This document shows positions 1-9,448 of a stretch of DNA of 64,000 bases, in pieces (position 1 is the first letter of the stretch; every line of letters starts with the position of its first letter). A model generated the notes under the pieces. The model was not told the DNA's origin. It was given only the letters and a program-made list of their open reading frames with translations, and made no database searches. The stretch is from an uncultured Planctomycetales bacterium. Lineage in GTDB: Bacteria > Omnitrophota > Gorgyraeia > Gygaellales > Profunditerraquicolaceae. The stretch is from positions 5,781 to 69,780 of the forward strand of contig CAZOGI010000012.1 of NCBI GenBank assembly GCA_964579435.1, given 5' to 3'. Both the position numbers and the translations under genes were made by a program.

Positions 1-1003
1 GTTTCAGGACCCTGAACGGGCAGTCGAGACGGTGTTACGCTATTGCCCCCAGCTGCCGTACTGGCCGCAACTGCCCCGGCGCACTTTACGCGAAGGGATG
101 GTGGCCCAGTTCTGCGAAGGAGTCCCCTGCCTGCGCCTCGGCGATAAGGGGGTGCTTTTTGATCCCGGCCGCAAAGATGAGGAGCTGGAGGGTTTTTACG
201 CGCGCCTCATCGACAACGACACCGATTCCTTTGCTTTGAGCGAAGGGGCGGCCGCCGGGCTGTATGCGCTGCGCCGCCGCCTGCGCGCGGAGCCGCAGCT
301 CTGCGCCGGTATTTCCCACCTGAAATGCCATATCACCGGGCCGTTCACTATGGCGGCCAGCCTCCGTGACGAGCGCGGCGTGCTCCTGTTGCACGACCCG
401 GTTTTCGTGCAGGCCCTTATCCAATCTCTGACGCGCAAAGCGCTGTGGCAGGCCGTTTTCCTCCAGGAATTCAAAAAGCCCTTTATTATCTTCATCGACG
501 AACCGTACCTGGGTTGTTTCGGATCAGCCTATACGCCGCTCAACCGTGAAGAGGTCGTCAAGGGTCTGGCCGAACTTTCCGGCGCCCTGGCCCAGGAGGG
601 CATGCTCGTGGGGGTGCACTGCTGCGGCAATACCGACTGGTCGATCTTCACCGAGGTGCCGGGGATCGGGATCATCAACTTCGACGCCTACAGTTTTCTC
701 GATACGTTCGTTCTGTATGCCGATCCCCTGAAGGGGTTCCTGCAGCGGGGGGGCAGTCTCTGCTGGGGGATCGTTCCGACGAACGAGCCGGCAGAGCCGT
801 TTGCGGTCGCTGATCTGCTGGAGCGCCTCTCCCGGGGATGCGGCCGGCTCTGCGGCAAAGGGATCCCGGAACCGCTCCTGGCGCAGCGCCTCCTGGTGAG
901 TCCGGCCTGCGGGCTGGGGACGCTCTCGGAAGATGCGGCAGAAGCGCGGCTGCGCAGTCTCTCTGCCGTTTCCGCATCCCTGCGTCAGTCGGCTCCCGCA
1001 TAG
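1..1003 (+). CDS. MetE-like (cobalamin-independent methionine synthase catalytic-domain family) methyltransferase, 5'-truncated at window edge
   Basis: The frame is open from nt 2 to the stop at 1003. Motifs IDEP and HCCGNTDW fit the Zn-binding Meth_synt_2/URO-D-like fold. I did not verify it by alignment. Confidence 0.45.
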   Translation, partial: FQDPERAVETVLRYCPQLPYWPQLPRRTLREGMVAQFCEGVPCLRLGDKGVLFDPGRKDEELEGFYARLIDNDTDSFALSEGAAAGLYALRRRLRAEPQLCAGISHLKCHITGPFTMAASLRDERGVLLLHDPVFVQALIQSLTRKALWQAVFLQEFKKPFIIFIDEPYLGCFGSAYTPLNREEVVKGLAELSGALAQEGMLVGVHCCGNTDWSIFTEVPGIGIINFDAYSFLDTFVLYADPLKGFLQRGGSLCWGIVPTNEPAEPFAVADLLERLSRGCGRLCGKGIPEPLLAQRLLVSPACGLGTLSEDAAEARLRSLSAVSASLRQSAPA

Positions 1004-1030
1004 CCGCGGGATACCCCAAAAATAAAGTAA

Positions 1031-1058
1031 TTGACAAAAACAACAAAAGTCTTATAAT
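1031..1058 (+). promoter_or_regulatory. sigma70-type promoter TTGACA-N16-TATAAT upstream of the por operon
   Basis: ttgaca sits at 1031-1036 and tataat at 1053-1058, about 70 nt before the porG start in an AT-rich intergenic region. Confidence 0.5.
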
Positions 1059-1127
1059 AATTTCCCGGTTTGCCCAAGGGGAGTTTCTTACCTTTCGCCG
1101 CAACGCCAAATCCTAAGGAGTGCGTTC

Positions 1128-1673
1128 ATGAAAGAGATCCGTATCCACGCCCGCGCCGGGCAGGGCGCTATCACGACCGCGACGATCCTCGGCCACGCGT
1201 ATTTTCATAAAGGGATGTATCCGTATGCCTTCCCGCACTTTGGGGCAGCGCGCATGGGAGCGCCGATGAACGCATTCGTGAGGGTCGACGAGCGTCCGGT
1301 GCGCCTGCGCAGCCAGATCTACGAGCCGGATTATGTCATTATCCAGGATGCCACGCTCTTGCGCGGCTTCAATTGTTTTTCGGGATTGAAAGAGAAAGGG
1401 GTCGCGATCGTGAATGGCCGGGAAGGGGTCGAGATCCCCAAACTGAAGGCGAACCAGAGGCTGATCGTGGTTCCTGCCAACGAGATCGCGATGCAGACGA
1501 TCGGCAGGCCGTTGGGGAATACCGCGCTCCTGGGTGCCTTTTGCGCCGCGACCGCGGAGTTCGGGCTGGAAGCGCTGGAGGCGGCGATCAAGCAGCGTTT
1601 TTCGGGCAAGGCCCAGGAGGCCAATATCAAAGCCGTTGCGCAGGGATTCGCGTTCGTCAAAGGGAAAAAATAG
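1128..1673 (+). CDS. porG: pyruvate:ferredoxin oxidoreductase gamma subunit
   Basis: The 181-aa protein has the typical PorG N-terminus (IHARAGQGAITTATILGHA) and is the first gene of a por gene order G-D-A-B. Confidence 0.85.
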   Translation: MKEIRIHARAGQGAITTATILGHAYFHKGMYPYAFPHFGAARMGAPMNAFVRVDERPVRLRSQIYEPDYVIIQDATLLRGFNCFSGLKEKGVAIVNGREGVEIPKLKANQRLIVVPANEIAMQTIGRPLGNTALLGAFCAATAEFGLEALEAAIKQRFSGKAQEANIKAVAQGFAFVKGKK

Positions 1674-1688
1674 AAGAGGATAGACACC

Positions 1689-1952
1689 ATGTTCGGTCCG
1701 CTTATTTCAAAGCCTGGTTCAAGCGCGCGCAACAAAACCGGCTCCTGGCGCGTCGAGATGAAACCGAAGTTCCTGCAGAAAAATTGTATCGCCTGCAAGA
1801 TGTGCCTGTTGATCTGCCCGGAAGGCTGTATCAGCGGGGAAGGCAAGAACACGTATACCTGCGATTTGCTCTACTGCAAAGGCTGCGGCAACTGCGCCGC
1901 CATCTGTCCGAAAAAAGATATCGAGATGGTCAAAGAAGAGGCAAAGGACTAA
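1689..1952 (+). CDS. porD: pyruvate:ferredoxin oxidoreductase delta subunit (2x[4Fe-4S] ferredoxin)
   Basis: It is 87 aa with two CxxCxxCxxxCP motifs and lies between porG and porA. Confidence 0.85.
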   Translation: MFGPLISKPGSSARNKTGSWRVEMKPKFLQKNCIACKMCLLICPEGCISGEGKNTYTCDLLYCKGCGNCAAICPKKDIEMVKEEAKD

Positions 1953-1954
1953 CG

Positions 1955-3136
1955 ATGAAAGAATTCCTCGAAGGCTCCCAAGCAATAGCCGAAGCGGTCA
2001 GGCTCTGTAAGCCCGGCGTCATCTCCGCGTATCCGATTACGCCGCAGACGCACATCGTCGAAGAGCTTGCCGCGCTGGTCGCCGACGGAAAATTGAAGTC
2101 GCAGTTCGTCAACGTCGAGTCCGAGCATTCCGCCGCTTCGGTGGTGCTGGGCGGTTCGGCTGCCGGGGTGCGTTCCTATACCGCTACCAGCTCCCAGGGG
2201 CTCCTGCTCATGGGGGAGGTCGTTTTCAATATCGCCGGGCTGCGCCTGCCGGTGGTCATGACCTGCGCCAACCGCGCGATCTCCGCGCCGATCAATATCT
2301 GGAACGACCAGCAGGATTCGATCTCGCTGCGCGACAGCGGCTGGGTGCAGCTCTATGCCGAGAATCTCCAGGAGGCGGTTGACCAGCATTTCCTGGCGTA
2401 CCGGCTGGGAGAGGATGCCTCGGTCATGCTGCCGGTCATGGTGTGCATGGACGGCTTTATCCTGACGCACGGTATTGAAACGGTGGAGCTCCCCGACCAG
2501 CAGCAGGTGGAGCGGTTCCTGCCCGCATATAAGCCGTTATACAAGCTTGATCCGGCAGATCCGATGACCATTGGCCCTCTCGTCGATCCTGATGCGTATA
2601 TGGAGACCCGGTATGCCGTCGAACAGACGCTGGCGCGGGTCCTGGAGTTGTATCCGAAGGTAACCGCCGATTTTTCAAAGGTGTTCGGCCGTACCTATCC
2701 CGGCTTGATCGAAGGCTACCGCCTCGACGATGCGGAGCGCGCGATCGTGGCTATGGGGTCGGTCTGCGGGACGATCAAGGAAGTGATCGACGAACAGCGC
2801 AAGAAAGGCAAGAAGATCGGGCTCCTGAAGATCGTCGCCTACCGGCCGTTTCCCGCGCAGGAGGTGTACGAGGCCCTGAAGGACGTCAAGTGCGTCGGCG
2901 TCGTTGACCGCGCCCTCTCCCTCGGGGCGGTTGCGCCGCTCTCCTGCGACGTCCGGGCGCTCTTCTGCAATAAGAAGAAGCGACCTTCCGCCGTCAACAG
3001 TTTCGTCGTCGGCCTGGGCGGCAGGGACGTGACCCTCGATTCGATACGCGATATATGCAAGCTCCTCTGCGCCAAAGAGCGCCCGGCGGAGTTTATCGAC
3101 CTGAAGCCGGAACTATTGAAGGAAAAATATGAATAA
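1955..3136 (+). CDS. porA: pyruvate:ferredoxin oxidoreductase alpha subunit
   Basis: The ATG at 1955 follows the porD stop. The product begins MKEFLEGSQAIAEA..YPITPQT. The track ORF 1373..3136 is a spurious upstream extension overlapping porG/porD. Confidence 0.85.
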   Translation: MKEFLEGSQAIAEAVRLCKPGVISAYPITPQTHIVEELAALVADGKLKSQFVNVESEHSAASVVLGGSAAGVRSYTATSSQGLLLMGEVVFNIAGLRLPVVMTCANRAISAPINIWNDQQDSISLRDSGWVQLYAENLQEAVDQHFLAYRLGEDASVMLPVMVCMDGFILTHGIETVELPDQQQVERFLPAYKPLYKLDPADPMTIGPLVDPDAYMETRYAVEQTLARVLELYPKVTADFSKVFGRTYPGLIEGYRLDDAERAIVAMGSVCGTIKEVIDEQRKKGKKIGLLKIVAYRPFPAQEVYEALKDVKCVGVVDRALSLGAVAPLSCDVRALFCNKKKRPSAVNSFVVGLGGRDVTLDSIRDICKLLCAKERPAEFIDLKPELLKEKYE

Positions 3137-4007
3137 GACACTCTTCTCTTCGGGGCATACGGCCTGTGCCGGATGCGGCCAGTCCCTCGGCGCCCGGCTG
3201 GTCCTTGAGGCAGCCGGTCCCAATACGGTTATCGTGAACAATACCGGGTGCCTGGAAGTTTTCTCGACCAAGTATCCCGAATCGGCATGGGGGGTACCGT
3301 TTGTCCATTCGCTCTTTGAGAATGCGGCGGCGGTGGCTTCGGGGGTTGAGCAGGGCCTGATTGCCCTGGGCAAGAAAGAGACCATCAATGTCATCGCGCA
3401 GGCAGGCGACGGCGGAACGGCGGATATCGGTTTGCAGGCGCTCTCCGGGATGCTGGAACGCGGACACGACATCCTCTATGTCTGTTATGACAATGAGGCG
3501 TACATGAACACGGGCGTGCAGCGCAGCGGCCTGACCCCGTTCAACACCAACACCACGACCAGCCCTGCCGGGAGTCTGTCCCTGGGTAATCCGCGTCCGA
3601 AAAAGCCGATGCCGGAGATCGCCCGCGCGCACGGCATTCCCTATGTCGCCACCGCTTCGGTCGGCTATCCGCAGGATGTCCAGCGCAAGGTGAAGAAGGC
3701 CCTGGCGATCAAAGGCCCCAAATACATCCAGATCCACGTTCCCTGTCCGCTGGGCTGGCGCCATGAGTCGGCCTTGACCTATGAAGTGGCGAAACTGGCC
3801 GTTGAAACCGGACTTTTTCCGCTGTTTGAATACGAGAACGGGACGCTCCTGGCGCGGCAGATCCAGCCGAAACCGGTCCAGGAGTATCTGAAGCTGCAGG
3901 GACGGTTCCGGCATCTCCTGAATAACCCCGAGGCGATCAAACAGGTCCAGGCGGTCGCCGATGCCAATATCGAGAAGTATAATTTGCGCGTCTCCGCGCA
4001 GTCTTAA
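3129..4007 (+). CDS. porB: pyruvate:ferredoxin oxidoreductase beta subunit (TPP-binding)
   Basis: It has the CAGCG motif and the GDG..D TPP-binding region. Its start overlaps the porA stop. Confidence 0.85.
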   Translation: MNKTLFSSGHTACAGCGQSLGARLVLEAAGPNTVIVNNTGCLEVFSTKYPESAWGVPFVHSLFENAAAVASGVEQGLIALGKKETINVIAQAGDGGTADIGLQALSGMLERGHDILYVCYDNEAYMNTGVQRSGLTPFNTNTTTSPAGSLSLGNPRPKKPMPEIARAHGIPYVATASVGYPQDVQRKVKKALAIKGPKYIQIHVPCPLGWRHESALTYEVAKLAVETGLFPLFEYENGTLLARQIQPKPVQEYLKLQGRFRHLLNNPEAIKQVQAVADANIEKYNLRVSAQS

Positions 4008-4055
4008 ACCGGCGCCCGCAAGAGGCGCAGGCAACAGAGCAGTCAGGAGGTATCC

Positions 4056-4535
4056 ATGGGAAAACAGGCACGGGCAATATCAGGCATCAGTCTCAAGGAT
4101 CTGGTCAAGGATCTGAACAAGGCATATGCCGACGAATGGCTGGCATTCTATCTGTACTGGTACATGGCGCGTACCGTATCCGGCAAAGGGTATGAGGATA
4201 TGTCCGAGATGCTGGAGAAGCTGGCGAAAGATGAGTTGGAGCATGCGCAGGAGCTTGCCGATCATATCACCAAGCTGGGAGGGGTGCCGATCGCCAATCC
4301 GATGGAGCTGGAAAAGAACGCCAATGCCCCGTACATCATGCCTCCCAAGAACAGCGCCGATTACAACCGCATCATCCGTATCGTTGCCGATGCGGAGGCG
4401 ACTGCCATCGATGTCTATAACAAGCTGGCGCAGAAAACGCAGGGGAAAGACCACATTACCTACCAGCTGGTTGCCCATATTTTGACGGAAGAGACGGACC
4501 ACGAAGAGATGCTGGAAAACCTGTTAGAGCGTTAA
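4056..4535 (+). CDS. ferritin-like (Dps/bacterioferritin-type) diiron protein
   Basis: The 159-aa protein shows the E..H / E..H ferroxidase-like pattern (DELEHAQ, EETDHEE). Confidence 0.6.
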   Translation: MGKQARAISGISLKDLVKDLNKAYADEWLAFYLYWYMARTVSGKGYEDMSEMLEKLAKDELEHAQELADHITKLGGVPIANPMELEKNANAPYIMPPKNSADYNRIIRIVADAEATAIDVYNKLAQKTQGKDHITYQLVAHILTEETDHEEMLENLLER

Positions 4536-4551
4536 ACGGAGGGATACAGAG

Positions 4552-4731
4552 ATGGCGAAAGTTACGGTAGATGCGTCAACCTGCGTCGGGTGCGGTTTGT
4601 GCGAACAGATCTGTGCGGAGGTTTTCAAGGTCGAAGGTGACGGCATTGCCCATGTGATCGGAACGGGGCATGACGCCGCGGTCAAGGATGCCGCCGAGCA
4701 GTGCCCGGTCAGCGCTATTAAGGTCGCTTAA
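4552..4731 (+). CDS. small single-cluster [4Fe-4S]/[3Fe-4S] ferredoxin (59 aa)
   Basis: It is not in the ORF track. Translation MAKVTVDASTCVGCGLCEQICAEVFKV...CPVSAIKVA is a Pyrococcus/Thermotoga-type ferredoxin. Confidence 0.7.
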   Translation: MAKVTVDASTCVGCGLCEQICAEVFKVEGDGIAHVIGTGHDAAVKDAAEQCPVSAIKVA

Positions 4732-4754
4732 GAAGACGTCGCGCACGTATAAGA

Positions 4755-4789
4755 AGCCTCCCGGCTTTTCGGCCGGGAGGCTTTTTTTG
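4755..4789. terminator. rho-independent terminator (bidirectional, between convergent ferredoxin and ppiD-like genes)
   Basis: Stem gcctcccggc...gccgggaggc followed by a T7 run. Confidence 0.8.
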
Positions 4790-4809
4790 TCCTGCGTAAA
4801 CGCCAGGCC

Positions 4810-6243
4810 TTAGCGCTGCGCCTGTTCTTTCAGGGCGGTGATGAAGCGCACGAACTGTTCCTGTTTCTTCTGGGCCATCACCTTTTGGGTGAATGCCGGG
4901 AGCTCTTTCTGGAAGACCGCCTGGTCAAAGGCGGTCTTTTCCTTGAGGAGGATGAGGAAGTAGCCGTTGGCGGTGGTGATGATGTCGCTGCAGGCGCCTT
5001 CTTTCAGCGCCTGGGCGTTGAGCCAGAAGATATCCGAGGCGCCGATGCCTTCGATGTAGCTGTCGAAGGAGAATGGTTCGGACTGGGCGGCCTTGAGGCC
5101 GAAAGTCGCGGCGGTTTCCTGGAATTGTTGCGGCGTGGGTCTCTGGCCAAAGTCATCTTTGAATTTCCTGAGGCAGTCCCCGACTTTTGTTTTGGCACGC
5201 TGTGCCGCCTGTTCCTTGCGGTAAGCCTCTTTGACCTGTTCCTGTATCTGTTCCAGCGGCGGGACCGCCGGAGGGATGCGTTCTTTAACCCGAACGATAA
5301 AGAGCTGTTTTTCCGCCTGTATGGGGGGCAGATATTCCCCGTCTTTGGCTTTGAAAAGGAGTGAGGAGATCTGTACCGACCAGCCGATGCCGGGGATGGG
5401 GTCGGTTTCGGCGAAACGCCCGGTTTCTTTGACCTCCAGGCCAAAGGACTGCGCGACCGCGGCGAACGGTTCTTTGCGGCGCACCCGTGAGAGCATCTGT
5501 TTTGCTCGCCGCTGTATCTCTTCCGGCGCGGCGCTGCCTGCGTCGAGGGCGCAGAACTCCAGGTTAAAGGAGAGGGGTTGCTTGAACTCGACCGCATGCT
5601 CCTGGAAATAGGCGCGCAGTTCATCCGGGGAGGGTTCGATCTCGTTGAGGTAATCGGCCATGAGGCCCGCCGCATACCAGATGCTGATCTTCTCGTTGGC
5701 CTTGCGGTATTCCTCCTGTACCTCCTGTTCACTCGCTGAGACGCCTCCGGTGATCTCTTCGAAGAGCTGGGCGATGGCGAGGTTCTGGCGGGTCTGCTCC
5801 TCGAAAGCGCGGGGGCTCAGGCGCAGGTACGTCTGCAGGAACTGGGAATAACGCTGCCGGTCGAATCGCCCCGCGGCGTCGGCAAAGGGCAGGCGCAGGA
5901 TCTCCTGGATGACCGCGCTGTCCTTGACCCGGATGCCGCGCTTGCGCGCCTCCGCCAGCAGGAGCAGCCGTTCCCATGCCTGCGCCTCGAGGAAGAGGCT
6001 CTTTTCCACTTCGGGGAATTTTTCCCCGAAGCGCAGCAGCGCCTGGATGCGTACCGCATCGAGGGAGTCCTTGAATTCAAGCATCGAAATCGAGCGGCCG
6101 AAGATGCGGCCGACCGCGCGCTGGCTGTCGCGGGTACGCACGGCGCTGCCCCCTCCCCAGAAGATGAATGCCGGCACGATGATCGCGGCCAGGGTGATCC
6201 AGATGCGTTTTGCGGTTTTTTTGTTGCGTAAGAACTTAAGCAT
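4810..6243 (-). CDS. periplasmic chaperone PpiD/SurA-N-domain family protein with N-terminal membrane anchor
   Basis: The 477-aa protein has an N-terminal TM segment followed by a SurA_N-like region. The family call rests on overall architecture only. Confidence 0.55.
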   Translation of the reverse strand: MLKFLRNKKTAKRIWITLAAIIVPAFIFWGGGSAVRTRDSQRAVGRIFGRSISMLEFKDSLDAVRIQALLRFGEKFPEVEKSLFLEAQAWERLLLLAEARKRGIRVKDSAVIQEILRLPFADAAGRFDRQRYSQFLQTYLRLSPRAFEEQTRQNLAIAQLFEEITGGVSASEQEVQEEYRKANEKISIWYAAGLMADYLNEIEPSPDELRAYFQEHAVEFKQPLSFNLEFCALDAGSAAPEEIQRRAKQMLSRVRRKEPFAAVAQSFGLEVKETGRFAETDPIPGIGWSVQISSLLFKAKDGEYLPPIQAEKQLFIVRVKERIPPAVPPLEQIQEQVKEAYRKEQAAQRAKTKVGDCLRKFKDDFGQRPTPQQFQETAATFGLKAAQSEPFSFDSYIEGIGASDIFWLNAQALKEGACSDIITTANGYFLILLKEKTAFDQAVFQKELPAFTQKVMAQKKQEQFVRFITALKEQAQR

Positions 6244-6350
6244 GGTGCCGTCTCCCGGACTGAAGGTGAATACAGGGCGTGTTCAAGCCGCTTTGCCAAA
6301 CTGCCCTCCATTATAGGAGAAATGGGGGGGAATGCAATTATAAATTATCC

Positions 6351-6379
6351 TTTACAAACAATTGTTTCCCCGTTATAAT
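6351..6379 (+). promoter_or_regulatory. sigma70-type promoter TTTACA-N17-TATAAT for hisG, with 12-bp palindrome AAACAATTGTTT in the spacer
   Basis: tttaca sits at 6351-6356 and tataat at 6374-6379. The spacer holds a perfect palindrome that could be an operator. Confidence 0.45.
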
Positions 6380-6438
6380 AACTGCCCGAATCGCTTGTAT
6401 CGGCACGATATGCTTTGTCCAGAGAGAGGTAAACGCGT

Positions 6439-7335
6439 ATGACCGGCACCGGAAAAGGGCAGGTCCTGAAGATCGGACTTCCCAAGGGCAGCCTTCAGGA
6501 AGCGACCTTCAGGATGTTCCAGAAGGCCGGCTTTAACCTGTCGGTTTCCTCGCAACGTTCGTATTTCCCTTCGATCAACGATCCCCAGATAGAGGCGGTG
6601 CTGCTGCGCGCCCAGGAGATGTCGCGTTACGTCGCCGACGGTGCGCTTGACTGCGGTATAACCGGCAACGATTGGATCCTCGAGAACGGTTCCCGCGTCG
6701 TGCGCCTGGCCGATCTGACGTATGCCAAACAGAGCATGCACAGTGTGCGCTGGGTTGTGGCGGTGCCCGAGGCGTCGGGGATCAAGCGCCTGCAGCAACT
6801 GCGCGGCAAGCGTATCGCGACGGAACTGGTGCAGGTGACCAAAGGATATTTCCGCAAGCTGCGCATTCCGGTGGAGGTTGAGTTCAGCTGGGGGGCCACC
6901 GAGGTCAAGGTCCGTTCCGGGCTGGTTGATGCGATCGTAGAGTTGACCGAGACCGGCAGCAGCCTGCGGGCGAATAAACTCGTCGAGATCGCTACGGTTT
7001 GCGAATCGACGACGCAATTCATTAGCAATAAGGCGGCGGCGGCCGATCCCTTCAAGCGTTCCAAGATGGAAGAGATCGTGATGCTCCTGCGCGGGGCGAT
7101 TGCCGCCGAGGAAAAGGTCGGCCTGAAGATGAACGTGCGCCGCGAGGCGGTTGCGAAGGTCCTGTCCCTTTTGCCGGCCTTGAAGCGGCCGACAGTCTCG
7201 GGGTTGGCCGAGGACGGCTGGTTTGCGGTCGAGACGATCATCGACGAGCGCCTGGTGCGCACACTTATTCCGGCGCTGAAGCGCGCCGGGGCAGAAGGCA
7301 TCATCGAGTATCCGCTGAATAAGGTCATTGCCTGA
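6439..7335 (+). CDS. hisG: ATP phosphoribosyltransferase, long form
   Basis: The 298-aa protein has the [11 protein letters not shown]-terminus and a C-terminal regulatory domain. Confidence 0.9.
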   Translation: MTGTGKGQVLKIGLPKGSLQEATFRMFQKAGFNLSVSSQRSYFPSINDPQIEAVLLRAQEMSRYVADGALDCGITGNDWILENGSRVVRLADLTYAKQSMHSVRWVVAVPEASGIKRLQQLRGKRIATELVQVTKGYFRKLRIPVEVEFSWGATEVKVRSGLVDAIVELTETGSSLRANKLVEIATVCESTTQFISNKAAAADPFKRSKMEEIVMLLRGAIAAEEKVGLKMNVRREAVAKVLSLLPALKRPTVSGLAEDGWFAVETIIDERLVRTLIPALKRAGAEGIIEYPLNKVIA

Positions 7336-7379
7336 GGTTTCAAGCGGGTTTCAACAACAGTGAGTGAGGGAGAGTCTGT

Positions 7380-7481
7380 ATGCCGTGCGGAAGAAAACGC
7401 AAGAGAAAGAAGATCCGGACGCATAAACGCAAGAAAATGCGCCGTCGTCTTCGCCATCTGAAGAAGCGCGATTGGGGTTGA
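7380..7481 (+). CDS. 33-aa extremely basic micro-protein, possibly ribosomal protein bS22-like
   Basis: It is not in the track. A GAGGGAG Shine-Dalgarno precedes the ATG. Translation is MPCGRKRKRKKIRTHKRKKMRRRLRHLKKRDWG (about 60% Arg/Lys), loosely similar to mycobacterial/Bacteroidetes bS22. Confidence 0.4.
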   Translation: MPCGRKRKRKKIRTHKRKKMRRRLRHLKKRDWG

Positions 7482-7624
7482 TGTAGTCTCTGGTGCCGAC
7501 GGCCGCGAGGCCGTCCCGCCTTACGCCTTGTGTCGGCAGCTTCCCCGGAGTACCGGGGAAGCTGCGGTTCTTTTCCGCGCGGCGCTGTGGTGCCGCGTCG
7601 CCGACACGAAAAATTCCATCCCGG

Positions 7625-8593
7625 ATGAAACCAAAAGTGGCGGTCGGTCTGTTGTGTGCACTCCTGCTGGCCTGTAGCGTCCCGACAGGCCAGGCGGCCG
7701 GTTTGGAGCGCCAGGCAAGCGCGGTCCTGACCCACTACATCCGGGCCGTGCTCTATGAGCGTAGCGGCCAGGCGGAGCAGGCTATCCGGGAGTACCGATC
7801 GGCCTTGCGCTACGAGCCCGATTCGGTGCAGCTGTCGCTGAATCTTGCCTTCGCCTACCTGAAGAAAGACGACGCCAAGCAGGCTGTCGAGACGCTCAAG
7901 CAGCTCATCCAGAAAGACCCCGCGGCGGTGGAGCCCCACGTAGTCCTGGCGCTCATCTATTCGACGCAGAACCGTGCGGAAGAGGCCAATAACGAATACG
8001 AGCTTGCCCTGCGCAACGCGACGAAGCTGGAGCCGGAAAACATCGACATTTACAAGACGCTCGGCTTGATGTACGTGCAGCGCAAGAAATTCGAAGCGGC
8101 GGAGCAGGCGTATACGGTCATCCTGAAACTGGCTCCTGGTGACGCGGAAACGCACTTTTATCTGGCGGATGTTTTCCTGAAGACAGAGCGGCCGGGTCCC
8201 GCCGAGGAGCAGTTGCGCCAGGCCCTCAAGATCAATCCCGAGTATCCCGAAGCGCTGAATTATCTGGGGTATCTCCTGGCCGATGCCAACCGCAATATCG
8301 ATGAGGCCGAGGCGCTGATCCGCCGGGCGCTCAAGGCCCAGCCGGAGAACGGCGCTTACCTCGATAGCCTGGGATGGGTGTATTTCCGCCGGGGCAAGCT
8401 CGCCGAAGCGAAAGAGACGATCGAAAAGGCCTCGACCCTGCTGGAAGACCCGGTGATCTTCGATCATCTCGGCGATGTCTATTTCGCGCTCGGGGATGCG
8501 GTGCGGGCGCGCGAAAACTGGGAACGGGCCCTGGCCCTCTCTCCGCAAGAGCGCGCGATAGAGGAAAAGATCAAGCGGCTGCAGCCATCGTGA
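7625..8593 (+). CDS. TPR-repeat lipoprotein
   Basis: Signal peptide with lipobox LLAC at the MKPKVAVGLL start, followed by multiple TPR repeats. The track ORF begins earlier, at 7493. Confidence 0.7.
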   Translation: MKPKVAVGLLCALLLACSVPTGQAAGLERQASAVLTHYIRAVLYERSGQAEQAIREYRSALRYEPDSVQLSLNLAFAYLKKDDAKQAVETLKQLIQKDPAAVEPHVVLALIYSTQNRAEEANNEYELALRNATKLEPENIDIYKTLGLMYVQRKKFEAAEQAYTVILKLAPGDAETHFYLADVFLKTERPGPAEEQLRQALKINPEYPEALNYLGYLLADANRNIDEAEALIRRALKAQPENGAYLDSLGWVYFRRGKLAEAKETIEKASTLLEDPVIFDHLGDVYFALGDAVRARENWERALALSPQERAIEEKIKRLQPS

Positions 8594-8620
8594 AGGCCGC
8601 AGGAGTGGATTAAGGAACAC

Positions 8621-9445
8621 ATGGAAAAAAACGAAACGGCTCTCGCGGCACTCAGGGACAAGGCCCGGCAGGTCCGCCGGCATATCGTGGAAATGATCGC
8701 CCACGCCGGCTCCGGGCATCCGGGAGGCAGCCTTTCCTCGACGGATCTGGTAGTGGCGCTCTTTTTCGGCGGGATCCTCAAACACGACCCGGCAAATCCC
8801 CGCTGGCCTGACCGTGACCGGTTCCATCTCTCCAAAGGCCATTGTTGTCCGCTCCTGTACGCGGTGCTGGCAGAGCGGGGTTATTTCCCCGTTTCGCACC
8901 TGATGACCCTGCGGCGCCTGGGTTCGGTCCTGCAGGGGCATCCCGACCGCCGCACCCCGGGCATCGAGGTTGCTTCGGGTTCTTTGGGGCAGGGGCTTTC
9001 GGTCGCCCTCGGGATGAGCCTGGCGGCGCGCGTCGACCAGAAGGCATACCGGGTGTATGTCCTCATGGGGGACGGCGAGATCCAGGAGGGGAACGTGTGG
9101 GAGGCGGCGATGGCCCTGAGCCACTACCGCTGCGACAATCTCTGCGCGATGCTGGATTACAACGGCTTCCAGATCGACGGGAAGACCTGCGAAGTCATGA
9201 ACCTGGAACCGGTCGCCGCGAAATGGCGCGCCTTCGGATGGCACGCCATCGAGATCGACGGCCACGATATGGGCCAGATCGTCTCTGCCTACGCCGAGGC
9301 CGCGACCGTGAAGGCCAAACCCACGATTATCATCGCCCGGACGGTCAAGGGCAAGGGCGTTTCGTTCATGGAGAATGTCTGCGATTTCCATGGCCGGGCT
9401 CCGACCAAAGAAGAGACGGCGCGGGCGCTTAAGGAGCTTTCCTGA
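8621..9445 (+). CDS. transketolase, N-terminal (TPP-binding) subunit
   Basis: Split transketolase with the GSGHPGGSLS motif. Confidence 0.85.
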   Translation: MEKNETALAALRDKARQVRRHIVEMIAHAGSGHPGGSLSSTDLVVALFFGGILKHDPANPRWPDRDRFHLSKGHCCPLLYAVLAERGYFPVSHLMTLRRLGSVLQGHPDRRTPGIEVASGSLGQGLSVALGMSLAARVDQKAYRVYVLMGDGEIQEGNVWEAAMALSHYRCDNLCAMLDYNGFQIDGKTCEVMNLEPVAAKWRAFGWHAIEIDGHDMGQIVSAYAEAATVKAKPTIIIARTVKGKGVSFMENVCDFHGRAPTKEETARALKELS

Positions 9446-9448
9446 AAA

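Noticed and set aside
1373-3136. 587-aa + strand ORF spanning porG/porD/porA
   Set aside because: The first ~190 codons overlap porG and porD in another frame and read as low-complexity RD-rich sequence. The genuine porA starts at the ATG at 1955, right after the porD stop.
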